Below are positions 1-7,694 of a DNA stretch of 24,630 bases, piece by piece (position 1 is the stretch's first letter; every line of letters begins with the position of its first letter). This stretch comes from Bdellovibrionales bacterium (GTDB lineage Bacteria > Bdellovibrionota > Bdellovibrionia > Bdellovibrionales > JAMPXM01): assembly GCA_005793615.1 (NCBI GenBank), contig SXRI01000292.1, positions 1 to 24,630 on the forward strand, given 5' to 3'. The notes below the pieces were generated by a model. It worked only from the letters and a program-made list of their open reading frames with translations, had not been told where the DNA came from and made no database searches. The translations under genes and the position numbers were made by a program.

Positions 1-2
1 CT

Positions 3-110
3 GGAAAGTATCAACTTTATCTTGTCAGTATCGACGGTGAAGTCGAGCGTCGGATAACGTTTGACCAACATGATTATTTCAAACCGCGTTGGTCTCCGGC
101 CTTTGAGTGA
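3..110 (+). CDS. C-terminal fragment of a TolB-like / PD40 beta-propeller protein (runs off the window's 5' end)
   Basis: Hand translation of frame 3 (not in the ORF track) gives GKYQLYLVSIDGEVERRITFDQHDYFKPRWSPAFE* with TGA at 108-110. The pattern LYLV..DG...RRIT......PxWSP is a typical terminal PD40 repeat. Confidence 0.7.
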   Translation, partial: GKYQLYLVSIDGEVERRITFDQHDYFKPRWSPAFE

Positions 111-2586
111 GCTAAAACAGTCTCAATTTCGAGTTAAGGAAATTTCCGACTACTCGGCAAGCGAACTCGCCGAGGCCTCGCAGTGGCCTGCGATTGAACA
201 TTATCTGAAGCTTCTCACGCGTGCTGGGAGCACCCCTCAGGACCGCCTGCGCTTGCGACGCCACGAACTCTGGACATGCGCAGCACTCGCCACCTATTTT
301 GGCAGTCCCGATCAACTCCAGATCGCAGAATCTGTTTGCTCCGTTTGGTCAGAAGCGACAATCAGACTTATCGCTGAGGCTTGGCAGATCGCAGGATGCG
401 ATAACGCCGGTTACGGACTTTTGGCGCTGGGAAAATTAGGCGCAGGCGAATTGAATCTGAGTTCCGACGTCGATCTGATCATGATTCGTCCCGATCACAT
501 CACACCTGACCTTAAAATTTTTCGCGATTTTCAAACGACACTATCCGAAACTACCGATTTTGGCTTTTGTTTGCGCACCGACTTCCTGCTTCGACCCGGC
601 GGGAAAGCAAGCGCAGCCATTCCGAGCTACTCGGACTTCGAGTACCATTACGGATACCACGGCGAGATGTGGGAGCGACTCGCCTATGTAAGAATGCGAG
701 TTCTTCATGGCCCTGCCGACTTGGTGAATTCCATCACGGGCTTTATCGGAAAATTCACTTACCGCAAACACCTCGACTATACTTTAATTGATGAATTGAA
801 GTCGCTTCGTTCGAAAATACGCGCCGAAAAGTTCGAGTCCCGCCCCGATGCGTTTCATCTCAAACTGGGCGTAGGTGGCATTCGCGAACTAGAGCTTTTT
901 GTCCACGCTCTACAGGTCATGCATGGCGGGCGCAACCCACTCTTACGAACACACTCAACGACAGCGGCGATCAACCAAATTCGCACGTTGCAACTTTTGC
1001 CTCAAGAAGACTGTCAAAAATTGAACGACGCTTACTGGTATCTCCGTACACTCGAAAATCGATTGCAAGGTTATGAAGATCAACAGACCTACTTGTTGGA
1101 TGTAAAACGCGGTCATCTCGCGCTCCCCTTTGCGTTTCAGGAACGCCTTGCACGTGTTCGCCACGACATCGGTGAGATCACCGGTACGTTTTTTTCGACA
1201 GGTGAAGTCAAACTTAGCAAGACGGTTCCGCATGATCTTGATGAACAAACGCAATGGCTGCGTGACAAGGGTTTCTCGCAGGAATCAGCGACTGAGACCT
1301 GGCCGGCGCTTCTGGCAGCGACAGCTCTTTCTCGACGGAGCGAAGTTGATGAACGACAGCGCCTTGAGTTCCTCTCGGGTTTTATCGGCAAGCTTTCTGA
1401 AGTTCAGCTTGATCGTGACCTAGGATTGTCTCTTTTGCTCGACTTTGTTCGTGCGGTGCGAGCTAAGGCTAGCTTTTTTACTCTTCTCAACCGTGAAACT
1501 CGCGTACGTGATGAGCTGGCTCTGTTGTTTTCAATTTCCCCTTACCTCGGATCGTTACTGACATCTCGACCCGAACTTATTGATGAATTCATTTACCGCA
1601 AGCAGGCGCCTCCGTCAGAGGACTTCGGTACCCTGCTCGAGGAGCTTGCCGAGAGACGACTTCTCGCCGAGTTGATCGCCGCCAATCACTTTCTTGCAGA
1701 CCACGACCTCAATAAAATGACAGTAAACCTTTCAGCGAATGCTGACGCCATCTGCGAAACTCTTCTTGGGCGTCTAAGAACCGAGTTCGCGACGCCCAAT
1801 ATAGGTCTTATCGCACTTGGTAAATGGGGCGGCAGAGAACTTGGTTTGCGTTCAGACCTCGACTTTGTCTTTGTCACCGAGACCTCGCCTACCATCGACG
1901 AGCAGAAAGTCGCTAAACGATTTCTCTCACGCATCACTGAGCCTCACCGCGGTGGTGCGATATATTCGGTCGATATGCGTTTACGACCGTCAGGAAACTC
2001 GGGCCCGATTATTGTCGCCAAAGACGAACTCACGCGATACTTGCGGGAAACCGCCGCCGCCTGGGAACGTCAGGCCTATTTACGAAGTCGGTCGTTGAAC
2101 GATCTGAACTTTCATCCTGGAAAAATCGGCTCTGAGCGGGGCCTGAGTCCTGAAGGCAAAGCCGAGCTTCGCATGATTCGCGGGAAACTTTTTTCTACGG
2201 GGACAGAGGGTAGCGTTGACCTCAAACTGACCTTTGGCGGCCTAGCTGATATTGAGTTCACCACCCAGATCGCACTTTTGTCGCGAAGGGAGTTCTCTCT
2301 TGATCCATCAACTTCAAGCATGATTCAATATTTAGAGAGCATTGACGGTCAGTGGCGAAACGTGGGGCCTCATATTCGTAAGTGCTACGAATCGTTACGC
2401 GTGATCGAGCAGCTCTACCAACTGACAACGAGTCACTCGGGCTCCAAAATGCGTTTGAGATCCGACGAATTCAAACGATTGTCCTTGGTACTGGGTTTGT
2501 CGAGCGGTGAGTTAGATGAACGAATTCGATCTTTATTCGACTCGGTGACGGAAGCCTTGCGGGCCGTTAACGATCTCGAGTCGTAG
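103..2586 (+). CDS. glnE: Bifunctional glutamine synthetase adenylyltransferase / adenylyl-removing enzyme
   Basis: Two nucleotidyltransferase repeats, GKLGAGELNLSSDVDLI and GKWGGRELGLRSDLDFVFV, each followed by (T/V)D(F/M)xLRPxG, WER(L/Q)AY and KL..GG(I/L)..(L/I)E(L/F) motifs. Start is uncertain (TTG61, ATG70, TTG103). TTG103 gives an 8-nt overlap with the upstream gene instead of 41-50 nt. Confidence 0.9.
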   Translation: MSELKQSQFRVKEISDYSASELAEASQWPAIEHYLKLLTRAGSTPQDRLRLRRHELWTCAALATYFGSPDQLQIAESVCSVWSEATIRLIAEAWQIAGCDNAGYGLLALGKLGAGELNLSSDVDLIMIRPDHITPDLKIFRDFQTTLSETTDFGFCLRTDFLLRPGGKASAAIPSYSDFEYHYGYHGEMWERLAYVRMRVLHGPADLVNSITGFIGKFTYRKHLDYTLIDELKSLRSKIRAEKFESRPDAFHLKLGVGGIRELELFVHALQVMHGGRNPLLRTHSTTAAINQIRTLQLLPQEDCQKLNDAYWYLRTLENRLQGYEDQQTYLLDVKRGHLALPFAFQERLARVRHDIGEITGTFFSTGEVKLSKTVPHDLDEQTQWLRDKGFSQESATETWPALLAATALSRRSEVDERQRLEFLSGFIGKLSEVQLDRDLGLSLLLDFVRAVRAKASFFTLLNRETRVRDELALLFSISPYLGSLLTSRPELIDEFIYRKQAPPSEDFGTLLEELAERRLLAELIAANHFLADHDLNKMTVNLSANADAICETLLGRLRTEFATPNIGLIALGKWGGRELGLRSDLDFVFVTETSPTIDEQKVAKRFLSRITEPHRGGAIYSVDMRLRPSGNSGPIIVAKDELTRYLRETAAAWERQAYLRSRSLNDLNFHPGKIGSERGLSPEGKAELRMIRGKLFSTGTEGSVDLKLTFGGLADIEFTTQIALLSRREFSLDPSTSSMIQYLESIDGQWRNVGPHIRKCYESLRVIEQLYQLTTSHSGSKMRLRSDEFKRLSLVLGLSSGELDERIRSLFDSVTEALRAVNDLES

Positions 2587-2600
2587 TCTCGGAGGAGATC

Positions 2601-3629
2601 GTGGCGATACGATTGCAACGTTTTATGGGTGTGGGAGTATTCCTAGGTGCGATCGCCTTTGGAATGCACGTTGCTGGGCAAACTCCACCTCCTGCTGGTG
2701 CTCCCGGAACGATACCCGGAGCTCCGACTATGCCGAGCCCGCCCGTCGGCGCAGCGGAGTCCACCTCAGCTCCCGGTACCGCTCCGAGCATGCCCGCAGG
2801 CCAGGGCGCGTCCGATTTGCAGAGTATTCAAAAAATGCTAGGAACGGCGGGGGCTGCGGCTGGGGCCGGCGCTGCCCCGAATTCGTCAGTGCCTGACAAG
2901 CTGCCTGCGTTTGGGCCTTCGGCTCTTAAGATCGCCGATGATCCTGGAAAACTGAATCCTGAAGCGGCAGAACCACCTAAAGAAAGTAAACCCGCTAAGT
3001 TTGCTCCATCTATCGTTGAGACTTACTCTTCAAAAAAGATCGTGCAATCGGACCCACGAGCTGTACTTCACACTTCGATGGGCGACATTAAGATTCGTTT
3101 ATTCGCCGCCTATGCCCCTAAAACCGTTCATAACTTCATCGATCTCGCTCGCGGCGATCGCGAGTTTCTTGACTCGAAAACCGGTAAGCCCACGCGGCGC
3201 CCTTTCTACACCGATCTTGTTTTTCATCGAGTGATCCAGGGGTTTCTGATTCAGACCGGCTGTCCCTTCGGAACTGGACACGGCGGACCCGGCTACAACA
3301 TTCCTGACGAGGTTTCGCCTTCGCTTCGATTTAACAAACCGGGAATGGTGGCGATGGCACCGGAACGTAAAGACCCGACCAACGAAAAACGTGATTCCAA
3401 TGGAAGTCAGTTCTTCATTTCACTGGCGCCGATGCCCGCATGGGATGACAAGTTCACCGTATTTGGCGAAGTTGAAAAGGGCATGAGCGTTCTTGAAAAG
3501 ATCGCCGCCACGCAAACCGGTCCCACCGACCGACCCATTAAGCGGGTATTTTTGAACAGCATCGAGATTTTCGAGGATACAGCTCCGCGAGAGTCGTCAC
3601 AAGAAGCACCGCCGACCGACCCTCATTAA
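2601..3629 (+). CDS. Exported cyclophilin-type peptidyl-prolyl cis-trans isomerase with a long Pro/Ala/Gly-rich N-terminal linker
   Basis: SD GGAGG at 2591-2595 before GTG. Hydrophobic signal-like N-terminus, about 120 low-complexity residues, then a cyclophilin domain from about aa 152 (APKTVHNF, FHRVIQGFLIQTG, GTGHGGPGY, NGSQFFI, TVFGEV). Confidence 0.9.
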   Translation: MAIRLQRFMGVGVFLGAIAFGMHVAGQTPPPAGAPGTIPGAPTMPSPPVGAAESTSAPGTAPSMPAGQGASDLQSIQKMLGTAGAAAGAGAAPNSSVPDKLPAFGPSALKIADDPGKLNPEAAEPPKESKPAKFAPSIVETYSSKKIVQSDPRAVLHTSMGDIKIRLFAAYAPKTVHNFIDLARGDREFLDSKTGKPTRRPFYTDLVFHRVIQGFLIQTGCPFGTGHGGPGYNIPDEVSPSLRFNKPGMVAMAPERKDPTNEKRDSNGSQFFISLAPMPAWDDKFTVFGEVEKGMSVLEKIAATQTGPTDRPIKRVFLNSIEIFEDTAPRESSQEAPPTDPH

Positions 3630-3666
3630 GACGAGAAGTACCAACACGCTGTAAAAAGCGCAGGTC

Positions 3667-3683
3667 TGTCTATGATTTTGACA
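3667..3683. promoter_or_regulatory. Palindromic candidate operator / enhancer, TGTC-N9-GACA
   Basis: CTGTC-TATGATTTT-GACAG at 3666-3684, about 145 nt upstream of the TTG at 3830. Same geometry as the palindrome at 24435-24451. Confidence 0.35.
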
Positions 3684-3829
3684 GGAGCACGCCGTTCGGC
3701 GGCCTCACTCACTATTCACATGAGCAAGCACATCTCTTTGACCTATGGGATTCAATAGGTTCGCTTTGACGGACTTCACTTGAGAACGCCCCTTGCTAAT
3801 CCTCCACATGAGTAGAAGCGAGGAGTCCA

Positions 3830-6598
3830 TTGAATCCGCATTTAAAGACATTTCTCAATTTGATCCGTGAGGTGATGCAGGAAAGCGCAAAGGCTGTTTT
3901 GTATTGGCTCATTATAATTGGCCTCGCACTTCCGGCTCCTTATTCATCGGCTGCGCCAACCGCATCGGCCGCACCGGCAGCGCCGGCCGCTGAGCCTACT
4001 CAAGCGGAGATCGACTATAAAATCAGTTCTCAGTTTGTGAAACTTGCGGAATTAACTAAGAGAATCAGAGAAAATCCGCCAGCCGATGCTCAGGCACTTA
4101 AGAATCTGCGCAGCGAGGCGCATCACCTAGCCCAAGAACTCAACGACTTTATTCATGAGGAGCTCAATCCTCGCGATGTCGAGTTAAAAGTTGCTCGCGC
4201 CAGCTGGGATAAGAAAACCTATCCAACCGACGACATCTCGATGAATAGGATCTGGGAACAAGATAGTCGTCGCATCGAACTCACTCAAGCTAAAGAGCAA
4301 CTCAACGCTCTGACTGCCCAGGCCGGACTTTCCTTTCGCGGCAAATTCCTGATTGATCCCAACGGAAAAATTGAACAAGCCAATGTCGGCGATGTGGTGA
4401 TCATTCCCCAACTCGCTAGCAAAGAGACACTTCGGCAAGAGACCCCTGCCAGGATCAAGGAGAACCTGAAGGCATGGGGCGGAGTGGGATACCGAGGCGC
4501 CAAGCACTTCTCCGTTCAATATGCCAACTTCTCGATAGCTATGGGCTTCATGGCACTTTCACAGATCGGCGCACAAAAAGCCGGCTGGGTAGAGACCACT
4601 GATCCCGCCGCTTTTGAGAACTGGGAAAAACAGACCTTTAATTTGCTCGGCGCGGTTGGCTTTGGTTTCTTCATGATGGTCAATCATCCGGTGGTGAATC
4701 TTTATAAGAATCTCCGGCAGATGAAAATGCTTAAGCTGGTGCCAGACGCCATCTTGCACGGGCTACTTGTCAATCTTGGTATGACGGCCGGCATGCTTGC
4801 CCAGTCCCTATTTCAGGACATGTGGAACGACAAGGATCTTTGGCAGTGTGTTCGTCCTTACTATAACTCCCGCGCAACGCCGGTGAAGGACTCTTGTCAA
4901 AAGATGCGCGCTAACTGGATGGATAACGGCAAGAGCCTGCAATATTTGCCTTCGATTCTCTCAATGTTAGCGGCGACCCCAATGGCGACTGCCGCTCGTA
5001 CGGCTATTGCCTATGCCGGCGCCAGACCCATCAACGCCATTCGTAAGGCGTCTCTAGTCATGGGCTTCAGCGGCGGCCTGCTCGTGCACAAGAATAAACT
5101 GGGCGAGCTGGCGATGAAGGGCTTTGCGAAAATTCCAGGGGCCTTTGTTGCTGTCGGCGACTTTGTGTTATTTTTGGCGATAAGCGCGAAAGTTACCGAC
5201 GAGTTCGTTCACGATGCCGTTCAACATGCGCGCATGAATCATTTTGATCCCAATGCCTGGGCCGCGAAGACTCTCGACATTCACTCGGACTTCTTCTGGC
5301 CGATAAATCCCGGTCTACAGCCGTTCGCAAATGCCCTTGAAGTTGAAGCTACCAACGCCTACTCCGCGCACAACTACCTGATGGATTTCTACCGTCAGAT
5401 GCAGGCCAATGGTTGGAAACAACCCGCACCGGTCTCTGCTTGTGTGCCACCAGCTGAAGTAGAGGCGGCAAAAAAGATCGACCCCGAGGCGGCAAAAGAG
5501 AAGTGGTGGTTCCAAAATTGGTGGGAAAGATCGAGCCATAAAAAGAGTCAGCGTCAGTTGACCTGCGAAGTATTCGCGCGACCGACTGAGTTACTAGAGC
5601 GCTATGCCAAGGTTAACACCGAGTGGCGCTCCGTAGTCATGAATCACTTTTCCACTTCAGTGAACAACTGGATTTCAATGATCAGTCAATTCTCTACTGT
5701 GATGAATGCATCGCACACTCTCGGTCTTCACCTCGCTGAGGAGAAACTTAAGTCGATGCAGCCACAGAATGTGGCCCCCGATCTCTCGCGTATCGCTCTT
5801 GCCAAAGCCATCGGCACCGAATTGCCGAGCGATGATCCCAACGCTGAACCAATTCAACGCGAGCATTCTAATTTCTTAGACGGCTCTTGGCTGCCGACAC
5901 CAGAACTCGTGGACTATGTGGTAGCCGGGTTTGCTTGCGGCCCCGAACCCAAGCTCGACCCTAAAGCGGTAAAGACTGGTATCCTGCCGCGGTTCTTCGA
6001 GAATGCTTACTCACTCTTCGCTCGGCAGTTTTATAACGAATCATACTTCACTACTCCATGGGGCTCGAGCACGCATTTTATTCCGGTGAAGCTGACCAAC
6101 AAAACTCGTGCGGTTTGCGAAAACGTTCGCCGTGACATTTACAGCAACGTGAACTACATGCTCGGAAATCCCTTTCCGGACCTCACCGGCAAATCTTCAG
6201 AGAATCCATTTTCAGGCCCGTTTGATGATGGTCAGAAGAAGTATCAGACACTTGCCGATTACGTTTTTGCCAACATGGATCCTGAGATCTACAAACAGAT
6301 TGGTGACTCCACCGGGTTTCCTCTCTGGTGGAATCAAAATATCAAAATCCCGATGATCCCCGTTTGGGGTGAGTATATGAAGCTATATGACAGTTTCATT
6401 CAAAACAAATATCTACCAAAGGTCTTTGACCGTAGCTTCAGCGGCGGCTGTCGACTCGCACAGGAAATGACCAAGCATTCAGCGAAAGTGAAGTCCTCGG
6501 AACTCGAGAGCTTGAATGCAATTCCGTACGCAGATGCCAACGGTAAGGAGATTCCCGGCGGCAAGAATGACGGCAAGTGTGCGGCTTCTACCGCTTAA
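3830..6598 (+). CDS. Large hypothetical exported/membrane protein (922 aa up to an internal TAA)
   Basis: SD AGGAG at 3821-3825. Signal-like segment (VLYWLIIIGLALPAPYSSA), Ala/Pro linker, helical N-region, a cluster of hydrophobic Gly/Ala-rich helices (about 4529-5192) and eight Cys. No family recognised. Confidence 0.85.
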   Translation: MNPHLKTFLNLIREVMQESAKAVLYWLIIIGLALPAPYSSAAPTASAAPAAPAAEPTQAEIDYKISSQFVKLAELTKRIRENPPADAQALKNLRSEAHHLAQELNDFIHEELNPRDVELKVARASWDKKTYPTDDISMNRIWEQDSRRIELTQAKEQLNALTAQAGLSFRGKFLIDPNGKIEQANVGDVVIIPQLASKETLRQETPARIKENLKAWGGVGYRGAKHFSVQYANFSIAMGFMALSQIGAQKAGWVETTDPAAFENWEKQTFNLLGAVGFGFFMMVNHPVVNLYKNLRQMKMLKLVPDAILHGLLVNLGMTAGMLAQSLFQDMWNDKDLWQCVRPYYNSRATPVKDSCQKMRANWMDNGKSLQYLPSILSMLAATPMATAARTAIAYAGARPINAIRKASLVMGFSGGLLVHKNKLGELAMKGFAKIPGAFVAVGDFVLFLAISAKVTDEFVHDAVQHARMNHFDPNAWAAKTLDIHSDFFWPINPGLQPFANALEVEATNAYSAHNYLMDFYRQMQANGWKQPAPVSACVPPAEVEAAKKIDPEAAKEKWWFQNWWERSSHKKSQRQLTCEVFARPTELLERYAKVNTEWRSVVMNHFSTSVNNWISMISQFSTVMNASHTLGLHLAEEKLKSMQPQNVAPDLSRIALAKAIGTELPSDDPNAEPIQREHSNFLDGSWLPTPELVDYVVAGFACGPEPKLDPKAVKTGILPRFFENAYSLFARQFYNESYFTTPWGSSTHFIPVKLTNKTRAVCENVRRDIYSNVNYMLGNPFPDLTGKSSENPFSGPFDDGQKKYQTLADYVFANMDPEIYKQIGDSTGFPLWWNQNIKIPMIPVWGEYMKLYDSFIQNKYLPKVFDRSFSGGCRLAQEMTKHSAKVKSSELESLNAIPYADANGKEIPGGKNDGKCAASTA

Positions 6599-6724
6599 CG
6601 GGTTGCCAATGGTTACTTCCTTTCTCTAGAGGTCGAATTACGTAACTATATTCGTGGAGTTTATTCCCTCTACACCAGTGCCTTCGACAAATATCAGGTT
6701 CCCGCGGAGTCCCGCAGTGAATTC

Positions 6725-7066
6725 ATGGAGATCGCCTATGCGCTCATCAAGGGATTGCAAATTGTCTCGCCTGAAATCCTGGTTTCAACTGACTTTGAGA
6801 AAATCACCAAGCAGATGGAAGAGGATTTGAATCAGTTGATTGAGTTGGTTGCAACTCGAATCAAGGAAAAGCAAACACCTGATACTGCCTTCCGCGAAAA
6901 GATGCTCGGACACTTCAAAGAGCAAATCACCAAGCTCATGACCGAAACGCAGCAACAGGTTGAAATTGTGAACCAGTTGGATCTACTCGGTGCCACAACT
7001 CGCGGCCCTGTCAAAAAAGTAGACACTACCCATTCAGCCAACCCGCTTAGAAGGGCCAGGGACTGA
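6725..7066 (+). CDS. Helical 113-aa ORF, most likely the detached C-terminal part of the 3830 gene
   Basis: Amphipathic helical composition, in frame with the upstream ORF, no signal peptide and no clear RBS. Confidence 0.4.
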   Translation: MEIAYALIKGLQIVSPEILVSTDFEKITKQMEEDLNQLIELVATRIKEKQTPDTAFREKMLGHFKEQITKLMTETQQQVEIVNQLDLLGATTRGPVKKVDTTHSANPLRRARD

Positions 7067-7075
7067 AATAGTTAC

Positions 7076-7091
7076 AGGCACGGACTTTGAA
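7076..7091 (+). promoter_or_regulatory. Candidate sigma54 (-24/-12) promoter
   Basis: AGGCACG-GACT-TTGAA against consensus TGGCACG-N4-TTGC. GG at 7077-7078 has exact N10 spacing, but the -12 dinucleotide is GA rather than GC. Confidence 0.45.
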
Positions 7092-7109
7092 TAATGTGAA
7101 TGACGAGTA

Positions 7110-7152
7110 CGATAAAACGATTTTAAACGCGATTTTAGAAAAACCGATTTAA
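7110..7152 (+). repeat. Four imperfect CGAT(T/A)-tract direct repeats upstream of the RBS
   Basis: CGATAAAA 7110, CGATTTTA 7118, CGATTTTA 7130, CGATTTAA 7145, followed by SD GGAGG at 7154-7158. Confidence 0.55.
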
Positions 7153-7166
7153 CGGAGGATAAGTAA

Positions 7167-7622
7167 ATGTTCCGCAAAGTGATTCTCTCAACTACCGCTA
7201 TGGTACTAGCTTCTTCAATGGCACTCGCGGCCGGTGGCAAACCCGCTGAGCGCGGTTTTCCTGGCGCCGAGCGCACCAACGAAAAAGGCAATACAGTGCC
7301 TGACCGCACGAGCCTCGATAAATTCAATGACTACCATAAATTTGGCAGGAAGGCCGATGCTATTGCAGCACGCCAGGCTCTCGGTGAACTCGGCAATCGT
7401 TCGGCATACGTAAAGGCTTTTGAAAGTAAACTCGCAAGCCTTCGTCTCTCTAGCCTCAAAGACAGCGTAGGTCTTCAGGAGCTCGATATCGCCCTTGTTA
7501 AAGCGCTTGCTAACAAAGACCTCAACAGTCTCCGTAGCGAAGCGGAAATCAAAGAGTTCATCGATGCTATTTCGGAAAAAGTTCTCGGCGTAAAGGCAGA
7601 GAAAGTAACTGAGTGCACATGA
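7167..7622 (+). CDS. Hypothetical secreted helical protein (151 aa)
   Basis: Strong SD GGAGG. Classic Sec signal MFRKVILSTTAMVLASSMALA. Charged helical mature part whose only Cys is the penultimate residue. Confidence 0.85.
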   Translation: MFRKVILSTTAMVLASSMALAAGGKPAERGFPGAERTNEKGNTVPDRTSLDKFNDYHKFGRKADAIAARQALGELGNRSAYVKAFESKLASLRLSSLKDSVGLQELDIALVKALANKDLNSLRSEAEIKEFIDAISEKVLGVKAEKVTECT

Positions 7623-7628
7623 TCTTGA

Positions 7629-7644
7629 CCGGTTTCGATCGGTG
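7629..7644. terminator. Possible hairpin between convergent genes (7167 ORF and motB)
   Basis: ACCGGT-TTCG-ATCGGT: 6-bp stem with one G-U pair and a UUCG loop. No U-tract on either side. Confidence 0.25.
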
Positions 7645-7694
7645 AGACAAGTCACGTGAATCGCGTTTAAATATCGAACTGAGGCGCGGGTCTG

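Larger units (their letters stand above)
3830..7066 (+). pseudogene. Probable single gene of about 1078 codons interrupted by one in-frame TAA (6596-6598)
   Basis: 3830 and 6725 are in the same frame. Codons 6599-6724 are stop-free and protein-like (RVANGYFLSLEVELRNYIRGVYSLYTSAFDKYQVPAESRSEF). There is no in-frame ATG/GTG/TTG in that stretch and no SD before ATG6725. Confidence 0.55.

Noticed and set aside
61-102. ORF-track start of glnE at TTG61
   Set aside because: It overlaps 50 nt of the TolB-like gene's C-terminal codons and has no SD. A later start is more parsimonious.
1-2586. GlnE shorter than the enterobacterial protein as a possible pseudogene
   Set aside because: Both nucleotidyltransferase repeats and their DxD motifs are intact in one continuous frame.
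3686-3705. CGCC-GTTC-GGCG hairpin after the PPIase gene as a terminator
   Set aside because: Only a 4-5 bp stem with no U-tract.
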